Position numbers and translations under genes: made by a program
Shown: piece after piece, positions 10,916 to 24,140 of the stretch
How positions within the stretch are numbered: position 1 is the first letter of the stretch
Layout of the letters: the number at the start of each line of letters is the position of its first letter
Source of the DNA: Octopus bimaculoides
Lineage: Eukaryota
Length of the DNA: 50,810 bases
Reading direction: 5' to 3'
NCBI RefSeq assembly: GCF_001194135.2
Contig: NC_068981.1
Coordinates: 129,188,997 to 129,239,806, forward strand
Notes under the pieces: generated by a model
What the model saw: the letters and a program-made list of their open reading frames with translations, nothing else
Databases searched by the model: none
Told to the model about the DNA's origin: nothing

Positions 10916-12201
10916 TCAGGTTGAGTAAAAAGTAAGCAACATTTTGAACCATGAAGAAATTGTACTGGATTTTTGCAGTTTTGTAGTTTTTAAACATTTT
11001 TTTAAAATTGTCTGATAATACAGACATAGACTTGCCTAAATGCATCAATAGATTAACATTGATATTTTTTCACCGTTGTTACAGTCATCTGAAATGGAAC
11101 TGTCAAAGCACAATATTTGAGCAATTTTGCTATTCAATTTCAAAAAAGGACATAAAGCAGCTGAAACTGCTCGCGACATCAACAAAACATTTGGTGAAGA
11201 AATGACCAGTGAGTGGTCAGCTCAAAAATGGTTTTGGTTTAAACTATTTCACAGTGGAGACCTGAGCCTTGAAGGTCATGAGTGTAGTGGATGCCCATCT
11301 ATCATCGATGACAGTCAATTAAAGACCGTATTTGAGAAAGATCCACGTAGACCCACTTGAGAACTGGCAAAAGAACTTCAAATTAGCCAGAAAACTGCCT
11401 GCAACCATTTGCATGTGATCAGAAAATCAAAAAAGCTCAACAAATGGGTACCACACAATTTGAAAGAAAATCAGAAAATGCACAGATATGAAATTTGTTT
11501 GTTGCTTCTTCTCCATAACCAGACCAATCCATTTCTCGACTGTATTGTAATGTGATGAAAAGTGAATTCTGTACAATAATAAAAAAACATTCTTTGCAGT
11601 GGTTGAACCAAAATGAAGCACCAAAAACCTTCCCTAAACCTGATCTCTTTAAAAAGAAGGTTATGATGACTGTTTGGTGATGTACTGCTGGACTCATCCA
11701 CTATGACTTCTTAAAATATGGAAGAACTATTACTGCAAAAACATATTGCCATGAAATTGCCAAAATGAATGGAAAAAAACTGCTACTCCTCCATCCCAGA
11801 CTGGTCAATAGAAGAGGACCGATCATTCTTCATGACAATGCTCAACCACACATTTCACTAATACACTCCAGAAGTTGAGGGAACTTGGCTACGAAGTTCT
11901 TCCCCACTCTGTTTATTCCCCAGACCTTTCACCTACCGACTACCACTTTTTCAAGCACCTTGATGGTTTCCTGCAAGAGAAGGATTTCAAAAATCAAACT
12001 GATGCTGAAAGTGAATTCAAAGAGTACATCAGCTCCAGAACTCCAGATTTTTGTTACCAGAATAAACAAACTTATAACTTGTTGGCAAAAATGTGTTGAC
12101 TGTAATGATACTTACTTTGATGAATAAAATTTCTGCATGGTTGAAATATATTGTGATGAATTTCATATTCCAAAACGTTGCTTACTTTTTACTCAGCCTG
12201 A
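10916..12201 (+). mobile_element. Full-length (1286 bp) decayed mariner, DD34D, Hsmar1/cecropia-like
   Basis: 31-bp TIRs tcaggttgagtaaaaagtaagcaacattttg / caaaacgttgcttactttttactcagcctga (2 mismatches), TA on both sides. Transposase relics CDEK*ILYNN, LHDNAQPH and YSPDLSPTDYHFF; multiple stops and frameshifts. Confidence 0.95.
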
Positions 12202-12694
12202 TATTAAACTTTTGACTCAACGCAATATTATTAACAGTGGTATTCCATAATACATTAGTTTCCAGGACCCATTTTAAAATAATGATTTCAGCTATCCATT
12301 GAATCCTTGAAGACCACTAAAGACTTGAATTCTTGTAAAATATCTAGGACTACTTAGCTTGTCTGGGCCCAAACTTAGCTCTGAATGAAATAATGAAATG
12401 TTTGTCCATTTCATTGTGCTTATGTCACTTACAATGCTTAGTTTTATCAACTCATCCTATCAATTTACATTTAAGTGGACTCTCTTCCCTGACAGGATAT
12501 AGCTATTAGTCTGACCTTTTATTGACTTAACCAACTGTAATGTTAACTCATCAAGGATGTTGAATTGGCAAATATAATAAAGCTCTAGTCCAAAATTAAA
12601 TGCTTCAACATATTTAGCTTCAGATCCTGAACTTATGGACCAGAAAAGGGATCATGGCTGCTTGACCTGTTAGAAATAATACTCAAATATATCA

Positions 12695-12845
12695 TCATTA
12701 TCATTTAATGTCCCCCTTCAATGCTAGCATGGGTGGAATGGTTTCACAAGAGCCAATCAGGCAGAAGCCTGCACCAGACCTCTGTGACTGTTTTGGCAGG
12801 ATTTTAACAGCTGGATGCCCTTCCTAACACCAACCACTCAGTAGA
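12695..12845 (-). mobile_element. RTE-type 3' tail fragment
   Basis: catcattatcatttaatgtcc...gctagcatgggtgga...cagctggatgcccttcctaacacc. Confidence 0.65.
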
Positions 12846-13304
12846 GTGGATATTAGATTTAAAAAAAAGGATAAATTAAATACAATGAAAAAAATAGATG
12901 AGATGGTCATTGCTGGAATACTCTTGATCATATGTTGTTTTCAGTTAAGGTGGTTAAACAACATTCCTTCAGGTTCAGTTGATTTGTCTATATATACTTC
13001 CTATAATAATTGGCTTTGAGGCTGAGTTTGAAACCTTAATAACTAAATAAATAACTGAATAAGAAACTTTTTGAAAAAGATTTATAGATTTCATGTTACA
13101 ATTTTATTTAATAAATAGAAATTATTCATATCTAAAGTTTGCTTCACAAAATCATTAGAACATTGAACAAAATACTGCTTGCTATTAAATTATGGGCCTC
13201 TACATTCTGAGTTGAAATTCTGCCTTTCATCTTTTCATGCTTGATGAAGTAAAGTACAAATCATGTACAAATTCGATGTATACTCCTATAATGCAACCTA
13301 GATA

Positions 13305-13490
13305 TGAATGGCAGAATTGTTAGCAGCATCTCTTCCAGTTTCATGTGCTGAGTTCAAATTCTGCTGAGGTTGACTTTATCATTCATTCTTTCACAATCAA
13401 TAAAACAAGTATCTTTCAAACCCTGAGGTCAATGAAATTGACTTACCTCCTCCCCACAAATTTCAGGCCTTATGCCTATTGTAGAAGGAC
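13305..13490 (+). mobile_element. tRNA-derived SINE with Nin/Deu-like domain
   Basis: ggcagaattgttagc...ctgagttcaaattctgctgaggttgactttatcattcattc...ggccttatgcc. Confidence 0.65.
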
Positions 13491-13821
13491 TTTTATCTAA
13501 AATCTAATTTTTTTTTGTCTTAATATGTTACCCACAAATAAGCAGGGAATTATTTCTAGTCCATCCATAACTGAAAAACTAAAAGGAGACATGTTTTGTT
13601 GCAAAATAACTCATGCATAAGCTCATTAACATTGGATTTACATTATCATTACATTTAGTTGTTATTCAAATAACTACTCATCACCATCATCATCCATAGT
13701 AATTATTGGCATTGCTAAACTCTGAACTGATGCTGAATTATACATAGTTTATAATTGTTATGGACAAAATGTCTTGTAGACGTTATGATCATATTCATTT
13801 TATTTTTCATTTTCATATTCA

Positions 13822-14125
13822 TGGCTGTGTGGTAAGAAATTGCTTCCCCACTGTGTGACACCTTGGGCAAGTGTCTTCTGCTATAGCCTCAGGCTAACCA
13901 AAGCCTTATAAGTGGATTTGGTAGGTGGAAACTGAAAGAAGCCTATTGTATACATATAGTGTGTGTGTGTGTCTCAGTAGTTCAGCAAAAGAAATCGAAA
14001 GAATAAGTACCAGACTTAAAAAGAAAGTAAGTACTGGAGTTGATTAGTTTGACTAAAATTCCTCAGAACAGTGGCCCAGCATGGCTGCAGTCTAATGACT
14101 GAAGCAAGTAAGAAATAAAAGAAAG
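13822..14125 (+). mobile_element. tRNA-derived SINE
   Basis: Same head, body and tail as 3858-4242. Confidence 0.8.
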
Positions 14126-14570
14126 ATTATAATACATTTATCTCCTCGTTTTGATGCTTCATACATAGATTGTTCTGTGATCATATTAAATACATTTCTA
14201 ATCACCACAGTCATTAACACATACCTAAAGCTATTAAATTTGTCTGGTTTTTTTTAAAGCCATAGTTTTAAAAAAATTGACCATCCCCATTTTCACTCTA
14301 TTACAAAAATTTGGTGCAGACAATTATTGAAAGAGCATGATAGATCACTAGCCACTAAACCTTTTTCGATTTTCTCTCCCTGTTTATTTCTGCGTTCCTT
14401 TCTGTCAAAGAGCGTAGGCTCAAAACGTAAAAAACTTTCTCACTTCCTGAGCGTTAAACTAATATATCTGTTTGTTGTTTACACACCCATCTTCATCTTT
14501 TTTTTTTTTTTTTTTTTGTAAATTCTCATTATTGAAAGAGCTAACTGACTGATTACCACCGAAAAGACAG

Positions 14571-15125
14571 NNNNNNNNNNNNNNNNNNNNNNNNNNNNNN
14601 NNNNNNNNNNNNNNNNNNNNNNNNNNNNNNNNNNNNNNNNNNNNNNNNNNNNNNNNNNNNNNNNNNNNNNNNNNNNNNNNNNNNNNNNNNNNNNNNNNNN
14701 NNNNNNNNNNNNNNNNNNNNNNNNNNNNNNNNNNNNNNNNNNNNNNNNNNNNNNNNNNNNNNNNNNNNNNNNNNNNNNNNNNNNNNNNNNNNNNNNNNNN
14801 NNNNNNNNNNNNNNNNNNNNNNNNNNNNNNNNNNNNNNNNNNNNNNNNNNNNNNNNNNNNNNNNNNNNNNNNNNNNNNNNNNNNNNNNNNNNNNNNNNNN
14901 NNNNNNNNNNNNNNNNNNNNNNNNNNNNNNNNNNNNNNNNNNNNNNNNNNNNNNNNNNNNNNNNNNNNNNNNNNNNNNNNNNNNNNNNNNNNNNNNNNNN
15001 NNNNNNNNNNNNNNNNNNNNNNNNNNNNNNNNNNNNNNNNNNNNNNNNNNNNNNNNNNNNNNNNNNNNNNNNNNNNNNNNNNNNNNNNNNNNNNNNNNNN
15101 NNNNNNNNNNNNNNNNNNNNNNNNN
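14571..15125. other. Assembly gap
   Basis: Run of N. Confidence 1.
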
Positions 15126-15552
15126 AAACTGTATCATTACGCAAAATACATTCGTCCATTAGCTCATACTTATACAATCACTTACACACCGATATACCAT
15201 ACATCACGATCTATCATGTCGAATGCCGGACAGAGGAGTCACACAGGAGAGCTAGGAAGAAGGGGAGCTAATAGAGTAGTGGCGATCCCAAAACAAAGGT
15301 GCGTGTGTGTGTGTGTGTGTATAAGAGAGTATGTATGTGTGTGTGGAAGAGGGCTGGTGACCTTGATGTATGTGTAGGTGTGTGGATGTGGGACTGGGAA
15401 GTGGTCAGTGCTAGTGTGTGCGTGATGGTGTGATGTGATGTGGTGTTGTGCGGTATGGTGTAGTGTGATGGTGTTGGAAGGTGGGGGAGACAAGAGTGGG
15501 GAAAGCAAGGGTGGGGTGTGGGTTAGGCTGAGGATGGAGGTAGGGGTGGGGT

Positions 15553-16413
15553 NNNNNNNNNNNNNNNNNNNNNNNNNNNNNNNNNNNNNNNNNNNNNNNN
15601 NNNNNNNNNNNNNNNNNNNNNNNNNNNNNNNNNNNNNNNNNNNNNNNNNNNNNNNNNNNNNNNNNNNNNNNNNNNNNNNNNNNNNNNNNNNNNNNNNNNN
15701 NNNNNNNNNNNNNNNNNNNNNNNNNNNNNNNNNNNNNNNNNNNNNNNNNNNNNNNNNNNNNNNNNNNNNNNNNNNNNNNNNNNNNNNNNNNNNNNNNNNN
15801 NNNNNNNNNNNNNNNNNNNNNNNNNNNNNNNNNNNNNNNNNNNNNNNNNNNNNNNNNNNNNNNNNNNNNNNNNNNNNNNNNNNNNNNNNNNNNNNNNNNN
15901 NNNNNNNNNNNNNNNNNNNNNNNNNNNNNNNNNNNNNNNNNNNNNNNNNNNNNNNNNNNNNNNNNNNNNNNNNNNNNNNNNNNNNNNNNNNNNNNNNNNN
16001 NNNNNNNNNNNNNNNNNNNNNNNNNNNNNNNNNNNNNNNNNNNNNNNNNNNNNNNNNNNNNNNNNNNNNNNNNNNNNNNNNNNNNNNNNNNNNNNNNNNN
16101 NNNNNNNNNNNNNNNNNNNNNNNNNNNNNNNNNNNNNNNNNNNNNNNNNNNNNNNNNNNNNNNNNNNNNNNNNNNNNNNNNNNNNNNNNNNNNNNNNNNN
16201 NNNNNNNNNNNNNNNNNNNNNNNNNNNNNNNNNNNNNNNNNNNNNNNNNNNNNNNNNNNNNNNNNNNNNNNNNNNNNNNNNNNNNNNNNNNNNNNNNNNN
16301 NNNNNNNNNNNNNNNNNNNNNNNNNNNNNNNNNNNNNNNNNNNNNNNNNNNNNNNNNNNNNNNNNNNNNNNNNNNNNNNNNNNNNNNNNNNNNNNNNNNN
16401 NNNNNNNNNNNNN
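15553..16413. other. Assembly gap
   Basis: Run of N, followed by (AT)n. Confidence 1.
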
Positions 16414-16734
16414 ATATATATATATATATATATATATATACATTGATAGAGATTAAATCAAAAACATGAAAGGTAAACAAGAAAAATAAGAACACAGAAT
16501 GCATTTAGAAATAACTTAAAATAGCTTAACATCTCTGAGTAATATGCTTTTACTGTAAGGAAATATTACATAGAATTTAAAAAGTAAAGTTTCAAAAATT
16601 AAAGAGTTAAATAAATCAAGAAACAATGACAAATAATGTACTTGAAAGCCTCTATATATGTAGAAGCTGAGTGCAGGTTTGTGTTAGTACACGTCACTAG
16701 AAACTACACTGATATAATGATATAGATACATAGG

Positions 16735-16900
16735 TGTGGATATGGCTGTGTTGTTAAGAAATTTGCTTTGTAACTACATGGTTTCAGGTTCAGTCCTACT
16801 GTGTGGCATCTTTGCCAAGTGTTTTTTACTATAGCCCTGGGTCAATCAATGGCTTGTAGATGAAGTTAACAGATGGAAGTTGTATAGAAATCCATCATAT
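16735..16900 (+). mobile_element. tRNA-derived SINE, 5' part
   Basis: atggctgtgttgttaagaaatttgc...ttcagtcctactgtgtggcatc. Confidence 0.7.
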
Positions 16901-19881
16901 ATATATTGTGAACACTCATTTAGCTGTCCTAATACAGGGAAAGAGTTTTCCAATTTAACCAACTATCCATATTAACTGATAGTAGCTGTTAATATTGTAA
17001 ACATATATTCAATTGGAAATATCTACAGTATAATAAACAGTAACAAAATTACAGAAAATACTGTAAACATCATATAACTATATAAAACATGAAAACATAC
17101 TTTATTACAATATTTAATGTTACAGTATGTAAAGATCTAAAAGCTAATTCTGTAAATTGTTACTTATGACACATGAGCTTGATGTGGTGGAAATGAAACA
17201 GAAGTAGGTCTGACCCCTTGTCCTTATGAATTATAGTAATAGTCATTATAGTAGAGATATGATGGTCCACTGTTCCCTGCCTCCTGCTCATAGAAATCTG
17301 AGATGATTGATGGCGAACTACATCAACATTTGGTGGATCATCACTATCAGAAACATGTCTAACAGCTGTAACAGGGTTCAGTCAAATTGACTTGGAGAAT
17401 TTCAATTGTTTACTTACTAGTGACATTTCTAGATAATTAATTTCTGTAAGACTTTAAGATATTGATTTCTGGAGGCAGTTTCCATTAACAAGTTGATTTA
17501 AGAAATGTTGTTAGCCAGGGATTCAAAGGATTCTTATTTAACAGTGTTTGGGCTTCTTGGGCTATGGTTTATTGTTGTTAACATCCTCACTTTCTTTGCT
17601 GTCATTTATGAGAACTTCATTTGCTATTTCTTATTTTTTAACCTTTTGCTTGTCCTGTGTATCACATGTGATACACAGAACATATTCCTCTGGCATCCCT
17701 GCATCATAAATGATATACATTCAAATTTTTTTTCAACCACCAAAGTAACTTGGGATTTATGAAAGGAAAGCTTCATATTGCTCAGAATATATGAAACAAG
17801 AGCTAACTGTAAACAAGCATGGACATTTAGGACAAACATGAAAATGCTTTGGACAGGTAAAAGGGTTGGCACTTTGTATCTATGTTTTCTTATCAAATAC
17901 TGACATTGTCTTCTGTGACATCTATTTCCTCTGCCTTTTGAATTGCATCTTAAAAGTCACTTTCCTCAAACCCTTCAAATTTGTATTCCACCTCCACATT
18001 GTACTGAAGCAATTTTCCAAGCAGTGATAGTCTTCAGTAACTCACACAACACTACTAAACTGAATATTGCAAACTAAAGGTTGTATTTCTTGATATTACT
18101 GGGAGTTTTTGTTCTTGTGTTCCTTCCCAAAGTGGCAGTCAAAGTGAAAGTTGACAGTTCACATTTCTAACATTGATTACTTTGGTTTGTCTGATATTTA
18201 GCTTAACAGGGTCCAGTTTAATAAGGCTTCACTGTGTGTTTGTGTGTGTGTGCATACACACACACATATGTATATATACACATCCGTATGCATGCATGTG
18301 TACATTTGCATGACTGCTGGCATTTACAGCTGGGCCCTCTGCACTTTCAAAGACCAGTAGAAGAAAAAAAAATTCCCTTACTTAAAAAATAGGTAAGGGT
18401 TAGCAACAGAAAGGACATCAAGATATAGAATGTTGCCTCAAATTCTCCCCATTATCCAATCCACATTGATATGGAAAGACAGACATGGAACAAATGAATA
18501 AAGTGTATACCAAACGGTTCTCTCTAAGTTGTACATATGCTCTACTATGTAGTTGCCACTGTATACCTGTATAACTTGGTCTCTTACATTATGACAACAC
18601 AGTAAAAGTGTATTGACTTTTGCTATTACATTAATAGATTACTGTCACTGTAATAGATCAGTAACATGGTATTTTTAAAAGATGATTAATTTCAAATGCT
18701 TTAAGCTTTTTTTTTTTTTTTTAAACAGTTTCCTGTCATGATTCCAACCTGCTTTAAAGTTGTACAGGCCAACCCAGTTGTTACTACTTGTGAAGTTGTT
18801 TCACTGGCTTGCAAGTAAATTGATACTGAGTGACAAAAGTGTCAGCAGACTGAGGGTAAATTGACTAGAAGCAATATATAAAGATTAAAGATTTAGAAAC
18901 TGGTTATTGGAATATAACTTACCCTCAGTTCCACTTATGAGATGATGCAAGATCATGAAGCAAAGAAAGTTGCTTTTGCTGATTTTACAACCCCTTGTTA
19001 ATATAAAAAAAGCTAACTAAACTAAAACATGGTGACAAGAATATCAAAAATCTTTATCTTTCTTGTATGAAAGCATTTTCAAAAAATTGATTATGCAAGT
19101 GAGAAAATATCACTAGTATAAACACGTAGTATGTATGCATGTCACCATCTTTGTTATCTGTCAGTAACAATTTAACAGTCATTATTTCTTGAATATATTG
19201 AATACAGAACAGCCAGCCTCTTTTCATGATTCCATATTAGTCACCAATTCATCTTATTGTTTGAGAAACTTTTCAAAGTAATTGACACACTTTTCTGCCA
19301 TAAGCAAATTATTTTTCGATTTAGAATGCAAAAACACTGAGAATAATTTAATCCTCAGGAGATTAGAGCAAACAAACTCTGAGTCCCCAACAGCTGTCAA
19401 TTTATACACCTCTAGACTGGCACAAAATCACCATCTAGTTTTCTAATCTGTTTTTGCTTTTAACATTTTGGTTCACTCTCTAGTAGTTAAATGTTTATTT
19501 GGCTCCCAAATCAACCATCATCAAGCAAATCTATAATCAAACATGATTAAAGGCATTCTAGCCATTACCATCCTGTTTTTGATTTTTAGGGGTTTTTTCA
19601 AGCCATAGTGCACCCAGCACTACATTATCCAATGTTTCATCATTGGCTCTTTTGGCTCATGTTGGAACATATCTCAGCACTTATGACCATAGAGATTTTT
19701 TTGACAGGAAATTTAATGTTATTGTAAAGTAGTTCCAGTCAGCCTCAAATGGCATGGAGGTAGGAAAGCAAATGCTTTATATTTTTATTCCTTTTTTCTA
19801 TTGGTTTCATCTGGAGGAAAGGGCTATGCAGGCTTTTCAGGCTTCTGTGACTGATGAGATCGCAGTTTATATTCCTCTTAA

Positions 19882-20162
19882 CCCTTTAACATTCAAACTG
19901 GCTATATTCTACCTGTTTTGTGTGCAGATGTGGGAGCAGTATTTTATTGTATGTCTCACCAAATCCTTTTCCATTCACACATTACTCCTTCACATTGTTT
20001 TAAATTTATATGATTTTTTTATAGCTTGTAGATTTTGATGGTGTGCCTGTTTATTTTTAGAATGATATTGCAGGGTAGGTGTGATAGGACAGATCCAGTA
20101 GGTTTGAACATAAAACATGTAGAATATTTGGGTTCAATAAAGCTGGTTTAAATGCTACAATG
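19882..20162. mobile_element. piggyBac-like MITE with TTAA flanks
   Basis: TTAA(19878-19881)ccctttaacattcaaa ... tttaaatgctacaatg TTAA(20163-20166); internal sequence shared with the other copies. Confidence 0.65.
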
Positions 20163-20189
20163 TTAAGCTTTGTTGAGAGTTGATAGCTG

Positions 20190-20900
20190 TTTGTGGGTAA
20201 ATAAGGCTGAAGTATTTTTGGCTGTGAAGAACTCCATTCTTTATGATGCAGTCTTTGCTATGATGCAGTCTTTGCTATGATGCAGTCTTTGCTATGCTGC
20301 AGATGTGCATTTACCAGGGGAGATTCTCTGATAATGAGGCCTAGCATTTGTAACAAACTTGCAAGTTCTAGTTGGATGTTGTTCAAGGAGATGGGATTAT
20401 GATAATATTTCTTTGATATATGTACTGATTGTCATTATGCTATTAAAGCAGTCAAGATTGACATAACCCCATTGGGGAGTGATTTTTGAGATCTTCATTC
20501 ATGGAGTCAGTGTAGGTTTGGTCAGATGTTTAGGTTACATGTGGATGATGCTTGGGTGCAGAATGAATGAGGGTGGGATCATCTGCATAGGAATGGGCAT
20601 TGTTGAATGTAATGACAAATATGTGATGGAAATGACTGAAACACATGTGGGCAATTTTGCCAAAAAATCTGAATGTCAGACACAGTTGAAACTTTTGCTG
20701 TTGCCAAAGGCAACAACACTGTTTCCACCAGCATGTCCATTATATCAAACATACCATGAGTGTCAATAAAGAGAATATCTAGCTCCAGTTGCATAACATT
20801 AATTGAAGTAAATTTCGCCTTGGTTAAGAAACCACCAAATTACTTGGTGTCTATCCCCAAAAGCTTGGTGATGAGTGCATGTAGAATTAAGTGTTCTATG
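20190..20900 (-). mobile_element. CR1/Jockey-group LINE RT remnant
   Basis: Minus-strand relics VVAFGNSKSFNCV*HS (LDxSKAFDRVxH-like), NAHSYADDPTLIHS and LNNIQLE...MLGL. Confidence 0.75.
20242..20302. repeat. 17-bp tandem repeat x3 plus partial
   Basis: tatgatgcagtctttgc at 20242, 20259 and 20276, then tatgctgcag. Confidence 0.95.
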
Positions 20901-21473
20901 CTATTACATAATGTGTGTACAATGTATTTGAATTGAAACATTTTACAATGGGGGTCCAATTCTATGACTACTTGACTGTTTCACTTCAATACCACAGATA
21001 TGCCATACTTCATTCTTATCAGTGAACATATGATGTTTAGCATGTCAGTCATAGTCAAGGTAGTACTGATGATGATTATGATGATGATGGTAGTGATAAT
21101 GATGATGACAATGACAAGTACAGTAGTGGCAACAGCAATGATAAGACTAGTAATTGATAATAATTACGTATAGAAAGTTCTGCGTGAAAAAAGTTCAACT
21201 GTTCTTATTTAAGTAGATGATGAAATCCTGTAGAATTAAAAATAGTCTAAAAGGACAAAAGTTAAAGGTTTTACTTGGTCACAACACTTGTTTGATGTCA
21301 TTTTCTCTAAATTTGTAATAGAACAACTGAATTACAACAAGGTGATTAAATTGACTCTCCAATCATGTTGATGAGGTCAAAAGTTAATGAAACTGTTATT
21401 GTCTAATTGTAGTCTGACAGAATTATATTTTAATAAGCATTGATGCATAAATTGTAAATATACATAGATGCAA

Positions 21474-21625
21474 GCATGGCTGTGTGTTTAACAAGTTTGC
21501 TTTTCAATCAGGTGATTCTAAGTTCAGTCTCACTGTCAGCACCTTGGGCAAGCACCTTATACTATAGTGCTGGGCTGACCAATATAGTCAGAAAATGAAA
21601 AGCAGCCCATCATATGTGCATGCAT
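21474..21625 (+). mobile_element. tRNA-derived SINE, 5' part
   Basis: gcatggctgtgtgtttaacaagtttgc...accttgggcaag...ggctgacca. Confidence 0.7.
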
Positions 21626-21629
21626 GTTT

Positions 21630-21806
21630 GAGTGGTTGCCATCAAGTTCACCTCCAGCAGGGTGTCTCCCTCAGTAGTTTCCCATTTTGGTTGATGTTGT
21701 TATGGAAGTACCAGCAAGGATCTTCATCACTCTCCTTACTCAGATGTGCATTGAGGTCACCCAGAACAAGCAGGGTGTTATGAGCTGGTGTGGTGTTGAC
21801 AGTTCT
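21630..21806 (-). mobile_element. LINE (RTE-like) endonuclease remnant
   Basis: TPAHNTLLVLGDLNAHL...NNINQNGKLL, with the GDxNAH and NxNG motifs. Confidence 0.7.
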
Positions 21807-21887
21807 ACACTGCAAAAACCTCGATATTCCAAAACACTGCAAAAACCTCGATATTCCAAAACACTGCAAAAACCTCAATATTCCAAA
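21807..21887. repeat. 27-bp tandem repeat x3
   Basis: acactgcaaaaacctcgatattccaaa at 21807, 21834 and 21861; one substitution in copy 3. Confidence 0.95.
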
Positions 21888-22090
21888 AACACATAATTAA
21901 CAAGATTGGGACCTTGAATGTATACAGAAGTCAAGACCTAGGCTGAAAGTGATCAAATCAGTGAAATTCAAGAAATTATTTCTCAATGCTGAATATAATT
22001 AAAGAAAGTAAATAAAAATGTAAATAAAAATCAAGCTTTTTTAATATAATTAGTCTTTAGCATATTTTCTTTTCTTATTTAGCATTTTTT

Positions 22091-22338
22091 NNNNNNNNNN
22101 NNNNNNNNNNNNNNNNNNNNNNNNNNNNNNNNNNNNNNNNNNNNNNNNNNNNNNNNNNNNNNNNNNNNNNNNNNNNNNNNNNNNNNNNNNNNNNNNNNNN
22201 NNNNNNNNNNNNNNNNNNNNNNNNNNNNNNNNNNNNNNNNNNNNNNNNNNNNNNNNNNNNNNNNNNNNNNNNNNNNNNNNNNNNNNNNNNNNNNNNNNNN
22301 NNNNNNNNNNNNNNNNNNNNNNNNNNNNNNNNNNNNNN
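22091..22338. other. Assembly gap
   Basis: Run of N, followed by (AT)n. Confidence 1.
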
Positions 22339-22372
<34 letters not shown>

Positions 22373-24140
22373 CTCTCTGGATTTGCAGACACACTCCCCA
22401 TTGATTAAATATTTGAGATGAATTGTTAATAAAGTAATAATTTTTGAAACTATTTAGCCTCATTTTCAGAAGTGAAAAATCTTTATATTATGTTTTGATT
22501 GATTTTATTTCCAATCACCATCAATCTTATTCGTAGGTGTGTACACATAGTGCAAAACTAGATTCTAAAAATAACCTATCTCTAAACTAAGGCTAGTATT
22601 CACAAGTACAATTACTATCATAGTTTTAATTTATTTATATTTACCTTTCCATAATGGCAGCCATATTGATCTGGAGTCAGTGCTGGGCTTACTGATTAGG
22701 TAATTAGTAAGCATTATAAATACTGCTAATTTTGATTTTTTTTTTTTTTTAATTTCAACTATCTGTTATGGAAATTCCATTCTTTCACAAACCATATATT
22801 TTCAGCTTTATCTTAATTTGGTGTTTCTCTTCTTATATGAGACTTCAAATTGAAATATATAATCAGTTCATGTGGTCTACAAGAGCTTTTGTCTTCTGAT
22901 ATTCCTCTAATCTGATTTTAAAGCCTTGCCCCCAATGCACTTCTTTATTAGACCTCCCACAAATGCATGAGTTATTATAAATGCAGTTCTTACTACTTTG
23001 GGGGAAGAATCTGTAAAGTATGGTATTATTTTGGAACATAATTCTAATGTTATATGTAGTGCAGATTTTCTAAATTTTTTTAAGATCTGTCATTGCAGTA
23101 AAATAAAGAAACAGTGGAGTTTGATTTAGCTTCTACATTTTACTTTAGGATGGCTGGGTATTTTGCTCTTTAGTAATGTGTTTTTCAGGTGACACCTTTC
23201 TTTTGTATTTGCTTATACATAGGTGCAGATTTGAAAATGCATAACCTTATTCCCATTGATGTTTCTGTTGTTTCTGATTATCTTTGGTGGCAATATTTTA
23301 CATAAAATATTATCTTGGGTTGGGTTGAATTATGCATTTCACACTTATTCCACTAATCCACAGTCATCAAAAATAAAGTTTAGTAGATTAAAACATTAAA
23401 ACATTGTGAATTGTAATGAAGTAAAAATTTACAAATTAAAACATTCTTTATGATAATGTGTACTGTAAAAAAAAAAAATCAGTATGGCAGTGAATATACT
23501 TCTTAGGATGCATTTTAGATTAAAACTTACCTAATCAAGACCAATAGTTTGATCAGACTTGGCAAATATTGTTCATCAAATTACTCTTTTAGAAAATATA
23601 TATTATATCACCTTTCACATTTCCATCTTCACAAAGCATTTCCACTTTCTAAAATTATTTTGTATATTTTATATTTATTTGAGACAGTACTCATAATATT
23701 TTAAAATCATAATATTACACTTTAAAATCCATAAACAATACATATTTGGTATATTAAACAATCTGTCGCCTGGTAATGGCATCATCACATGGCCTTTAGG
23801 TGCTGTTAGCATTCAGGCCAGATTTCTAATTGAAAATAATTCTCTTCCTCCCACCAATACTGGACTCTCTGGAAAAGGCCATGGGCACTGCTATCCTCCC
23901 CAACTAAGCCATAAAAGTCAAAAATAAAAAAGGAAAAAAGAAAATATATTTCATTTTTGTATTTGGTTTGCAAGATTCTTGATGTGAAACCATGTGTTGA
24001 AACAAATTTTGTTGTGTCTTGGAAGAGTCATTGCACCAATAATAATAACATATGCACAGGTTCAGTTCTACTTCTTTATTATTAGTCACCTGATTAGATA
24101 TCTAATCAACTAACTAATCGAGCATTTGAGAAACATGTCA

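Noticed and set aside
15126-15552. Compositionally odd island between two gaps
   Set aside because: TG-rich low complexity on a tiny contig; placement and meaning cannot be judged.
14479-16504. Long ORFs of 194-421 aa in the ORF track (also 22050-22463 and 38654-39049)
   Set aside because: They are runs of X across assembly gaps.
21807-21887. CRISPR-like appearance of the 27-bp repeats (also the 66-bp units at 48135-48383)
   Set aside because: Head-to-tail with no unique spacers, eukaryotic intron context, no cas genes.
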